Under the pieces are notes generated by a model. That model did not search any database. It had not been told where the DNA came from and worked only from the letters and a program-made list of their open reading frames with translations. A stretch of DNA of 64,000 nt from Octopus sinensis (Eukaryota): assembly GCF_006345805.1 (NCBI RefSeq), contig NC_043001.1, forward strand, positions 33,976,001 through 34,040,000, in the 5' to 3' direction. Each line of letters opens with the position of its first letter. The stretch's first letter is position 1. The translations under genes and the position numbers were made by a program. Below, one piece after another: positions 36,761 through 48,200 of this stretch.

Positions 36761-37650
36761 TGAAGGAGACTCAGATGATATTTTTGTCATCAAACTTCAA
36801 CCCTTATAGTCCCTGTTAATATATGAAAATTTAAATTTACAAATACATATCTATAATAGTCCACAATAGCATCTTAAAACCATAACCTATATCACAGCTT
36901 TCTTCTTCTTTATGCCTTTAACCCTCCAATGCGGAGTATAGGCCACTTATAGTTGAATTCCATGTCGCATAATTTTTGGCTTCTGTACTTATACTCTGCC
37001 ATGAATGTCCTCCTTTCTCCAGTTCCTTTTGTGTTATCTCCGCCATGAGTTCTTAGGCCTACCTCTCCTTCTATATCTATCCGGTTTCCACTGTAAAGTA
37101 CTTTTCGCTACATTTGGTGTGTCTTTTCTAATTGTGCTACCAATCCACTTCCACTTTTTCTTAAATATTTGCTCCCTAATCGAAACTTCATTTGTTCTTT
37201 ACCATAGCTCCATATTGCTTATGTGTTTGGGCCATCTAATTTTAAGTATATATCACAGCCTAGAGAAACATAAAAAAAGCCTCATACACACTGAAACATC
37301 AAAACTTCACTGACCTTCAACTCTGAATTAAAATACATATAAACAACAGTAAGTGTAGAGGAACAGCAACTTTCATATTATGATCAAGACAACCTTGCTC
37401 ACCTCCTCTGTGACCACCACCACCACCAAAATCTACAGGTGCACAAGTATGTACACTGGAAAGAGTGAAGTATGTTGAGACTTTCATATTAGACTCAACA
37501 GGATTTGTTGCTGCATATCAGAACATGCAGTTTGGTCCTCATCATAGCACAACCGGAAGAAAATCTCTATCAGCTAAGGTAGGAAAGACATGTCCCCTAA
37601 GTTAAAGTGAACTCTTTAAACACAGCCAACCATGTCTACATCTATAACCT

Positions 37651-38116
37651 TGTAGTGACGCTACTGTGTAAGTTTCAGCGCACATGCGCAGAACTGAATT
37701 GCTTCCGGTTGGCGACCAGAAGTTTCCTCATGTGCATGCGCAGGAACTGCAACCTGAAAGCCTGACCCCTGAATTGGTCTTTTCTGGCAGAGCAACGCTA
37801 GTGGTTGGACGTGGCTTGACTTTCTCTCAGGGAGCAACCTTACGCACAGGGAACCTCACCCCAACGAAGCGGGAACGAACACCGAATCATCTTGACTCGC
37901 ACGAGAGAACATTGTAACCAGTCCTGTGGATTCGGTTTGCTGGTTTCCCCACAAGAAATACATGTGTACATGTTTTACTTGTAAACTGCAGAATAAACCA
38001 CCACTTACTGTTATCGAAGACAGCCTGACTTTGTCTCCGTTTCTTCAACTTGAATTGAATGTGACAGGAACAGACCAGACACCCCTCCAGTGTTCCTGAA
38101 TTCTCATCCTGTTACA
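37651..38116 (+). mobile_element. Solo LTR, 466 bp, 4-bp TSD ACCT
   Basis: TGTA...TACA termini; ACCT on both flanks; internal AATAAA; GC-richer than its flanks. Confidence 0.75.
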
Positions 38117-38559
38117 ACCTTTAACCCTTTTGTTATCATATTTCTGTGAAAATACGCTGTCTTTGTTTCAATTAATTTCGAAAATAACAAAGAATGAAGT
38201 GCAAGAATTTCAGGAGCTGGTGCAGCGATGCACTAGCTTCAGCATTCAGTCTGCCAAAGGGAGGTAGTTGTAAAAGCCAAACATACTCCCTTAACCCTTT
38301 AGTGTTTAAGCCAGCCATATCCGGCCCAATATATTCTACATGTTTTATATTTGAACTAGCCATATCTAGCCTCTCACACCTAACCTACATTGACATTCTG
38401 AAAATAAATAATCACATTATTGAAACCTTAAAGTTGTGAGATAATGCATGATTAATTCAAAACAATTTGAGTGAAAAAGCATTACATTTAACAGAGTAAT
38501 CTGAATGCTAAAGGGTTATATCTTTAGTTTGTGCCTACCCTTATCTACGGTCATGAATT

Positions 38560-38960
38560 TTGGGTAATGACCAAAAGAATACAAGTAGCTGAAATGGGGT
38601 TCCTCTGAAGGGTCTTTGGAGTAATGTTACTGGACAGAGTACATAGCTCAGAGATCAGAAAGGCACTCCAGGTAGAGCTGCTACTTCACTGAATTGAAAG
38701 ATCATAGCTCTGAAACTAAGGACATGTAATAAGAATGACACACAAAAAAAAAAATCACAGGACAGGTTTTATCAATAAAACCAACTGACAGGAGACCCAG
38801 GGGTAGACTGCGAACAAGGAGGTTGGATAACATATATGAGCTCCAGTGGTCTCACTTGGGGATCCAGCTAGACCTATTGGAGATGATTGCTTCTGATAGG
38901 ACCCAATGGACGGCATGCTTGAGACTCTTCTCCCATGAATCTTCCAGGAATAAGTCTTTG
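38560..38960 (+). mobile_element. Decayed RTE-type LINE fragment
   Basis: RIQVAEMGFL*RVFGVMLLDRVHSSEIRKALQVELLL. Confidence 0.6.
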
Positions 38961-40759
38961 GTCTTTTGTATTTTACTTGTTTCAGTCATTTGAAACAAGC
39001 TGCAGCCATGCTGGAGCATTGCCTTAAAGGGTTTTTAGTTGAACAAATCAACCCCAAGGCTTCTTTTTTCTTTAAGTCTAATACTTATCCATCGGTCTCT
39101 TTTGCTGAACCTCTAAGTTACAGGGACTTAAACACACCTACACTGATTGTCAAGCAGTGATAGGGGGACAAACACACGACAGGCTTCTTTTAGTTTCCAT
39201 CTATCAAATCCACTTACAAAGCTTTGGTCGACCTGAGGCTATAGTAAAAGTCATTTGCCCAAGGTGCCACACAGTGGGACTGAACCTGGAATAGTGGTTG
39301 GGAAGCAAAATTCTTACCACAAAGCCACATCTGAAGAATTCAGTAAAACAACTTTGTCGTAATTAAGCTGGTGTTTGAAACACTGAACACGAAACTTTGA
39401 TGGAAGCTTTTAATTTAGATCACTTCAAAACAGGAAGCATGTATCATAAAACCAGTGGGGGAAGGGGAATCTCAGGTGGGTTGGTATCAAAATGGTTAAT
39501 CAATAAGAAAATCAATTTCTTTTCACTAGGTTCTGAGATTCAAAGTCATAGTGGAAGAGAGGAGGGAAGTTCTGTAAAGTGACAATTGTAAATCTATCAA
39601 AAGCATTAGCAATGTAAGCAAACTAAAATTATTTCAATTAAGAACAAGAGCACTCAGAGAGCACAAACCTTTGCCAAGGCAACACCAACGTCCTCTCAGC
39701 GATTAGCCAGAGATAATTTTTAAAATGAGAATATCTGGAATAAACTCAACTGCTCTCACAAACGAGAATACTAAAAATGAACCCGACTGCTCTCAAAAAT
39801 TAAGTAACAAAAAGCAGGAAAAATAATCCAGTATCTTTGTCCAGTATAGGATCAATCCCAGAATCTAATCAGTTTGTGCTAGTCATGAGGCTAAATATTC
39901 CTGAAAGTATCATCCAAATCCATCCAGCAGTTCTTGAGATATCTTGTCCACAGACAAACAAATACAAAAACAATACCTCTGCCTTCACTAAGGCAGAGGT
40001 AATAAATCACATTGTAGAGTTAACTTTTTGCTCAACAACACTTGAATTTCATGATCTTTTAGGTTGTAAAGAAACCACTGAAAATGTCACCTTCAAGTAA
40101 CATATAAATGAAAGTTGAATTTATTATTATTATCTTATTTATGTGCCCTTTTCAAGCCTAGCCAGGCTCATGGGCCTGGTTTCTATGGCGTATGTGTTCC
40201 TCCCAGCTGGATGGGACACCAGTCCATCTCAGCATTACTCAAGAAACAGGAAGAAAGAGTGAGAGAAAGTTGGGGCGAAAGAGTACAACAGGAGTTGTCA
40301 CCACCCCCTGCTGGAGCCTTGTAGAGCTGTTTTCGCTTAATAAACACACACAACGCCCGGTCTGAGAATTGAAACCACGATCCTCCGACTGCGAGTCCAC
40401 TGCCCTAACCACTGGGCCATTGAGCCTCCACTGGATCTATTATAATAGTTTCAAATTTTGGCACAAGGCCAGCAAAGGAAGGGATAAGTTGATTACATCA
40501 ACCCCTGTGTTCAACTGCTACTTATTTTATTCTTTTCTACTCTAGGCAAAAGGTCCGAAATTTTTGGGGAGGGGGCCATTCAATTAGATCGACCCCAGCA
40601 TGCAACTGATACTTAATTCATTGACCCTGAAAGGATGGAGGGCAAAGTTGACCTTGGTGGAATTTGAACTCAGAACATGCAGACAGTCGAAATGTTGGTA
40701 AGCATTTTACTTGGCATGTTAACGATTCTGCCAGCTTAAGCTGAATTTATTATTGCAAA

Positions 40760-40905
40760 TTAAAATAACTGTTGGGTCTTGGAAGAGTCATTATGCCAAG
40801 ACACAACAAAATTTGTTTCAACACACAAATTCACATCAAGAATCTTGAAAACCAAATGCAAAAACGAAGTAAAATAACTGTGATTAAAAAGTTCACTTTA
40901 AGCCT
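40760..40905 (-). pseudogene. CATSPERB-like exon remnant (A*SELFNHSYFTSFLHLVFKILDVNLCVETNFVVSW...); 3' end approximate
   Basis: Strong TTTCTTGTAG acceptor; ILDV...E....W resembles LLDVIREPILQW. Confidence 0.45.
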
Positions 40906-41622
40906 CTACAAGAAATTGAGATTGATAGAATAAATGCCAGACTGAAAAAGTTACAGGTTCCAGGTTCAGTCCCACAGCATAGCACCTTGCACAAGCGTCT
41001 TCTACTTTAGACTTGGGCTGACCAAGTGGATTTGTTAGACAGAAAGAGAAAGATGCCCATCACTTTTATGTCATCATCATTTAACATGTTTTCCATGCTG
41101 GGATGGGTTGGACAGTTTGAAAGGAGCTGGTAATGCCTGGGGCTGCATCAGGCTTCATTGTCTGTTCTGGCATGGTTTCTATAGCTGATGCGCTTCCTCA
41201 TGCCAACCACTTTACAGAGTGCACTGGGTGCTTTTTATGTGGTACTATCACCAGTACTTTTTGCATAGCACCATATACTTTTACTCTTTTACTTGTTTCA
41301 GTCATTTGACTGTGGCCATGCTGGAGCACCGCCTCTAGTCGAGCAAATCGACCCCTGGACTTATTCTATCGGTCTCTTTTGCCGAACCGCTAAGTGACGG
41401 GGATGTAAACACACCAGCATCGGTTGTCAAGCAATGCTAGGGGGACAAACACATATATACATATATTCGACAGGCTTCTTTCAGTTTCTGTTTACCAAAT
41501 CCACTCACAAGGCATTGGTCGGTCCGAGGCTATAGCAGAAGACACTTGCCCAAGATGCCACGCAGTGGGACTGAACCTGGAACCATGTGGTTGGTTAGCA
41601 AGCTACTTACCACACAGCCACT

Positions 41623-41667
<45 letters not shown>

Positions 41668-41694
41668 TTTTACTTGTTTCAGTCATTTGCAGTT

Positions 41695-41811
41695 TAGTTA
41701 GTTATATGAAGAATAAACAAACATCCGTCAGTTTCACACTGCTGCCACTACAGTACTGATCTAAGACACAGAACATTGATTAATGAGAGCAGCAATCTTT
41801 TGTCTCTTGTC
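41695..41811 (-). pseudogene. CATSPERB-like exon remnant (DKRQKIAALINQCSVS*ISTVVAAV*N*RMFV); 3' end approximate, abuts a SINE
   Basis: AG acceptor; STVVAAV matches the recalled STDIAAV, and the TGA falls at the W of AAVEEW; several stops. Confidence 0.55.
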
Positions 41812-42401
41812 CTCATAGTGAAAATAAAGTCACCAAAACACAAGGTTAAATAATTTAAATGATTTATTTGTATACAATTCCTGAATAATGGAAAGCTTTT
41901 CTTTTTTATTTAAACGTTTTGTATTTCCTTTATTTATACAAAAGTAGAATTTAAAAATAAAAATTATATAATTGCACTTCATTCCACATATTTTGTACAT
42001 TGGTCCTATTTTACAGTATTATGATTAATAGACAATTAGAAAATACATGGTTTTTAAATGTTATTCATATTTTTAAATAAAGAAAAAAATTTCATGTTGT
42101 CATAATTATTGTTATCACTGCTATCAACACGGTCTCCATAATTTTCACATTCACTTTTTATACTGGAATTGGTTAGATACGACTGAATGGACCAGAGGAC
42201 CACATCTTGTTCCAGTGCCTCAGTTTTGGTATGGTTTCTATGGCTGCATACCTTTCTAGCATCATCGATTCTACAGAGTGTACTGGGTGCCTTTTCCACA
42301 GCAACAACATAAGCAAGATTGTCTTGTAGCTTGAAAGAGTTAAAAGTCCACTTGCCAAATGAGAAGAGAAGATAGAAAGGTTGCCTAATGTGTGTGTATG
42401 A

Positions 42402-42439
<38 letters not shown>

Positions 42440-43289
42440 AACATGTTTAACTTCAGTGAAGGAAAATAAAATAGTATAGATTTTTTCCTTGGTACAAATC
42501 CAGTTCCAGAGAAGTAAAAGTATATCTGATTGAGTCAATGTGAATATATAAAAGGGTAAAAGTCCATATCAGTGTTGGAGGGATCTGAAATCAGAATATA
42601 AAAGGACATGGTTAAATCCCTTAGAGAAAGGACCCAAGAAAACTAGTGCTGATCGGCATCAAAGAAGAAACAGTTTAAAACTGCAATTAATTGGTTTGTT
42701 ATGAAGAAGAAATGTCTTTTCTCCTTGCTCACAACAAACTAATTCAATCCTCTTTTGAACTGTTTGTAAATATGGTAAATAATTTAGGCTGACTCTTTAT
42801 AATCATAATCCAATCTACGATGTAAATGGATAAAAATTTTAAGCTTTTATAAACCATTATATATAATGTATATCAGTTAGTTGTGTCATTGATGTGCTTA
42901 AAATAAACAAGTTAGTGCTTAAGCAGAATTTAATAGTAAATTAAGAACAGATGTGTATAGATAACCAATAATAATAATAATGATATAAAAATAAGTTTGA
43001 GGTATCTATTAACAATAAACGTCCATAAGCATCTGTATGCATTCATCAATATGCATTTTTTTTTCTCATTTACATGGCCTTCATCTTTCTCTAAATTGAC
43101 ATAGTACATCCAATATACCATACCTTTTAGCATTTCAACCAACCATATCTGGATCAAATATTTTACCTGTTTTATGTTCATGCTGGTCAAATCCAGTCTC
43201 TCACACCTACCCTACAATCTCATTCTAAAAATTTACAATGCTAGATGAGAATGCCAAATGGTTAAGCCTCATTTTTATTGGCTGATTAA

Positions 43290-44371
43290 CCCTTTCGTTA
43301 CCAAACCGCCCAAAGCCGCCCGAAAAAAATTTTGGTTTATGAAACCAAACCGCCCAAAGCCGCCCGAATTTACCTATTCATATTTAAATGAGAATATCAG
43401 AGCAAATCTCTTCAGTACATTCGTGAAAACACGTATTATACTTCGTAAACAGTTCAACTACAGTTTTGTACAATAATCGAAGTGTAATTTTAATTCCGTG
43501 AATTTTGCGAGATTTTTTTCCGAAATTTGTTCCTATTGTGTTTTCAAAATTTGTAATTCTGACAAAAAATGGATACGAATTTCATTATATCAGGCAGCGA
43601 GTCAGAATTCAAAGGATTTTCTGCTGAAGACCTTCATAAATCTAACTCTATGACTGAAAAAAAAAAGCACATGGTATTTGATAATGAATTTGATGTTTCA
43701 TTTTCCGAAAGTGAAAACAGTGAATCTGAGATCTCCGATAGCGATAAAGAAAACGAATTGGCACCTGAATGGAGTGAAAATTTAAAAACTGTTTCTTTCG
43801 GTGATTTTTCTGCAGAAACTGGACCAAGCCACAGACTTTCCCAGAAGGGTAAAGCCTTAGGCTATTTCTATTTACTTTTTCGAATGAGCCTATTTGAAAT
43901 CATTACAGCGAAAACGAACTGTTACGCTAAATGTAAACAAAACGAAAGAAAGGATAGTTTGTTATTTCCCACAACCTTAAATGAAATTAAGGCCTATTTT
44001 GCCATAGATATTATTATGGGTATCAGAAAGTTACCCAGAATAACAAATTCTATCGTAAAATTTTGTTGTATACCCAATTGAATATTAGCTAATATTTTCT
44101 ATAGCGATGTTTGAACAAAATTTTTATAATTTTATATTTTGTGGAATTTACCTGTATCTACCTGCAAATAGAATCACTTTGTGACAAAAATTATAGTATA
44201 GAATTGGTTGAGAATATTTCATTAAATTATCTTCCAAAAATCAGATTAATATATCGATAAATAAAAAAGTTATAGTTGTTTAATGAAACCAGACTAAATT
44301 TATGATTACGTTAGAAATTAATTGAAACACATAAGGGGTGTAATTTGGTCAGAAATATAGTAACGAAAGGG
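43290..44371 (+). mobile_element. Internally deleted piggyBac transposon with the N-terminal transposase ORF (43569..44081)
   Basis: TTAA TSDs (43286..43289, 44372..44375); 12-bp TIR CCCTTTCGTTAC; ORF with acidic N-terminus, YFYLLF...ITAKTNCYA, TTLNEIKAYFAIDIIMGI.KLP. Confidence 0.9.
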
Positions 44372-45141
44372 TTAAGGCTGGAGATTCATGATTATAGTGA
44401 CATCACATTTACAGTTTACAGTTGCAAACTTGGATTACACAAGGTCAATATAATTGTTGATCTGTCAAGTTTAATAAAATATGTTTCTCCGCTATTAACT
44501 ACATTGCTGTTGCTTGATAACATTATCAGCTTACACAACTGGAGCTAAGTTCATGCCTATGGTTGAAGAGATCGTCATCCACATCATCATTTAATGCCTG
44601 TGTTCCATGCTAGCAAGGGTGGGTCAGTACCACAAAGGCCGGCCAGGCCAAAGCCTGTACCAGACTTCTGTAACTGTTTTGGCAGGATTTTTTACATACG
44701 ATGCCCTTCCTAACACCAACCACTCAGCAGCGAGAACTTAATGCTTTTTATGTGGCACAAGTACAGGTGAGGTGAGTAGTGCTTTTTACATGGCACAAGT
44801 ACAGGTGAGGTCAGTTTTGGCAAGGTTTTTACAGCTGGATGACATTCCAAACACCAACCACATTACAGTGTGGACTGGGTGCTTTTAAGTGGCACCTGCA
44901 CTGACAGGGTCACCAAGTACTTGCAAGGCAAAAACTTTTAAGAGGGGAGGAGGCATTGGAGGAGGTGATGATGAAAAGGTTATAGTGAGACAGATACTAT
45001 AACCAGATACACGAAGGAAAATCCTTCCAGTGTAACATCTATTATATGATGAAATGAATATAGAAGCCTTTCTGAAACCAGATTTATAGAAAATAGGAGA
45101 AAATAGAAGTACAAACCTTTAAAAAAAACCCCAGCTTTCTT

Positions 45142-45251
45142 TCATTTAATTTTCAAAAAGTAGATCACTTCAAATATCTCTTCCAATCCCCTTTCTTTGA
45201 ACCGTGGACTATTGTCATTTTTATCAATTTCTTCAATGCTGCACATATCAC
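45142..45251 (-). CDS. TPMT: TPMT coding exon 8 (GDMCSIEE...IYFLKIK*)
   Basis: TTTCTTTTTGAAAG acceptor; TGA at 45144..45142; aligns with the TPMT C-terminus. Confidence 0.9.
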
Positions 45252-48200
45252 CTTTCAAAAAGAAATATATATCAAGTACATAATAATAAATATATGACAG
45301 CTGATACACTGAACTTGCCTAATCAAGCATTTCAAAGTGAAACCAAGTTTTGAAATACATAATGTTGTAGCTTGATGAAGTAATTTTGGTTATTTAAAAT
45401 AGCTGAACAATTGCACTTGCTGCATAATACTTGTTGATGATTAAGAATATTGCATAGTTCACCTACAACTTAGAAGTTCAAAATCACACCATCCTGACAC
45501 ATTAGTTGGTCCTATGAGGAACAATATGGAAGTTGCTTTTTCTTTTTATTATTATTTGTTGGGTTAATAACCATTACTATCAAATACTACAATGTGCCTT
45601 GCTTAGCTTTAATGTGAACACTATTAAAGTATTTAGATATTCAAAAATAAATAGTTGATTATCCTGATGACCTTGGGGAGGGTGTTTAGTAAAAATCAGA
45701 GAAGACAGAATCATGATAAAAGAGTAAAATGTACTCTGAGTGGAATTTGAGCAGGAAATTTAGTAAACAAATGTGAGAATGATTATTGTATTGGTATAGT
45801 TCAGTTGTGGGCAAACTGTGACCCACGGGATTTTCTGAATGGCATGCCTAACAAAAGATTACGATGAACATTTTTAGTTGAGTTGCCCACTTGATGTTGA
45901 GCTATGTCTCATGTGGCCCACTTCCAAAAAAGCTTGCCCATGTTTAGAATAGTTGAAAATCAGTCTTTTTCAATCATTATATGAATTGGGTCATCTTTAA
46001 TAGATGAATTGTGTTGATAAAAACTGAATAGTTTAGGTAGATAGTGAGGTTCACTATAAAGTCTGTAAAAATGTTTCAATGAATTGGGATTCATTAATTG
46101 GAGAAAGAAAACCAAAACCCATGACAATTGTTAGTAATGTTCAAAGAAAATAGGAGATAATTTCAAGAAATTAGGATTAATTTCATAGAAAATTCAATCT
46201 TTATGCTTCGGGGAAAATCTTTACTTTGAAGAGTAACTTTTATATACTTACCATATAAATTTTGGATATCCTCTTCAGTAACATTGTGGGGTGGACCTAA
46301 AGAAACATGAAGATATAAAACGTTATTGAATGAGATATGCTAAATTTCTTTCATGAACTTGTGAATTTTGTCTCCTTATTCTATATATATAGCTTAACAT
46401 GTAGTTTTCCATATCAGCATTAATGGTATGTTTTAGGAAATTCTGAATAAATAGGAGTGAATTTGGTAGACAGTAACAATGCAGAAGTATGCCATATACA
46501 TATATCATAATCATTACCATTATCACTTCGTGTCCATTTCCCATGCTTGCATAGGTTGTGTGGTGTGTATTTGTGTCTCTCTATTCGACAGTTGCTGTTG
46601 GCTTGTTCATGTCTCTGTAACTTAGCAGTTCAGCAAGAGAATGGTACACTAAATACACTAAACTGAAAAATAATTACTGGGTCAATTTCATTTGCTAAAT
46701 CCTTCAAGATGGTGCCCCAGAACAGCCAGAGTCCATGACAGAAACCAGCAAAAGAGTCAAAGGAAAAGGAGTCTATGTGTGCTCAGCTGTGAAGAGATTT
46801 AAGGCCTGGTTATTTCACTCTAGTCCCATGAGGAGTAGATGAAGAGGAAATTTTTCTCTTGTTGTTTGTTGTCCTTAGTTAGTAGTTAGTTAGTTAATTT
46901 CGCTCAAAAGCAAATAGCAAGGCCATGTAGGGGGACATGGAGTTAAGTACAGGGTGGTGTTCATGTAAAGAATTCAGGCCACTTGAGGTCCAGGGAGGCT
47001 TTGAACAAAGCGGTCGTCGGCATCTTCACCATCTCGTCTGGCAGCTTGTTCCACGGATCCGCAACCCGGACGGAGAAAGCTCCTCTCCTTCGATTGAGAT
47101 GAAATCGTCGCAGGTAGAGCTTTTCGGAATGACCCCGCAGCCGACGCTCCGGAGCAGGAGGAAGAACAGCTCTTTCGAGAGGTTACACTTCCTGCTTATG
47201 ATGTTGTGGGCGAGAATGAGATCACCACGGCGGCGGCGTTTTTCAAGAGAATAAAGGTTGAGCGTCCTCAGCCTTTCTTCGTAGGACAAATTTTTGAGAC
47301 CATGAACCATGCGGGTAGCCAGCCTCTGGACTCTTTCGAGATGCTGTATGTCTTTGAGGAGATAAGGAGAAGAGGCTTGAATCCCATACTCCAATATGGG
47401 TCTCACCAGCGTGACATAGAGTGGTAGGAATATGGCTGCTGTGAGTATTCCGAATGACCGTCGAATCAAAAACAGAATTCCGCGCACTTTGTTGGCAGCA
47501 TGGACGCACTGGGCCGAAGGCGAAAAGGAGGAATCCACCAAGATACCCAGGTCCTTTACCTGATCGGTCCTCTCCAGCAGCAGACGACCCGGCTCGAAAT
47601 CAAGTTGAGTTGCAGGAGTAGAGCCGACAGGCAGATGACAGCACTTTGACACGTTCAGACACAGGTCCCAATCGTTAGACCACTTCCAATTTGGTGGAGG
47701 CATCGACGAAGATCCTCTATACTACCGCGAGGAGCGACCAGTTTGATATCGTCGGCAAATAGAAGGGTGTGTTGCGTGAGGTCGTCGGGCAAGTCATTTA
47801 TGAAGACTAAGAACAACAAGGGCCCAAGCACTGAACCTTGAGGCACGCCACTGCTCGCACTGGAGACGTCGGACCGCGAACCATTAACTTGAACTTGGAA
47901 GGAGCGATCTGAGAGGAAGGCACCAACCCATCATACAATATCCGGATGGAAACTATATGCTTGAAGCTTGACAAGTAGTAGTCCTTGCAGTCGTACGTAA
48001 TACTGAACACACTCTGTGTGGTATACATGCAGCTTTTTCAGGGTACTTTACTGCCATAGTTTTGCTATTTAAAAATGCATTGTTGTTGTTTACCTTCGGG
48101 TTTGCCTCTGATATTATCAAAGACATTCCAGCAATTTGCATACAATATTTAGGAAATGTGGCATCTTGAGGAAGTGTCTACAATCATAGTCTCAGATTGA

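Larger units (their letters stand above)
9442..45462 (-). pseudogene. CATSPERB: CatSper auxiliary subunit beta (CATSPERB)-like gene remnant, multi-exon, with in-frame stops and frameshifts
   Basis: About 16 minus-strand exon-like segments translate to matches, in colinear order, with successive regions of human CATSPERB as recalled (STVVAAV~STDIAAV; HIVQMVNDKCNASKSVA~HVVDLKVTKCPCANDVA; KYVTV~DYVTV; FKENWF~FLKSTWF; PIDYGLKNRGKALNENFYN~PINYRPPSNMGIAIPLTDNFYH; AHVY..IK*S~AAVY..IKGS). Not database-verified. Confidence 0.72.
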
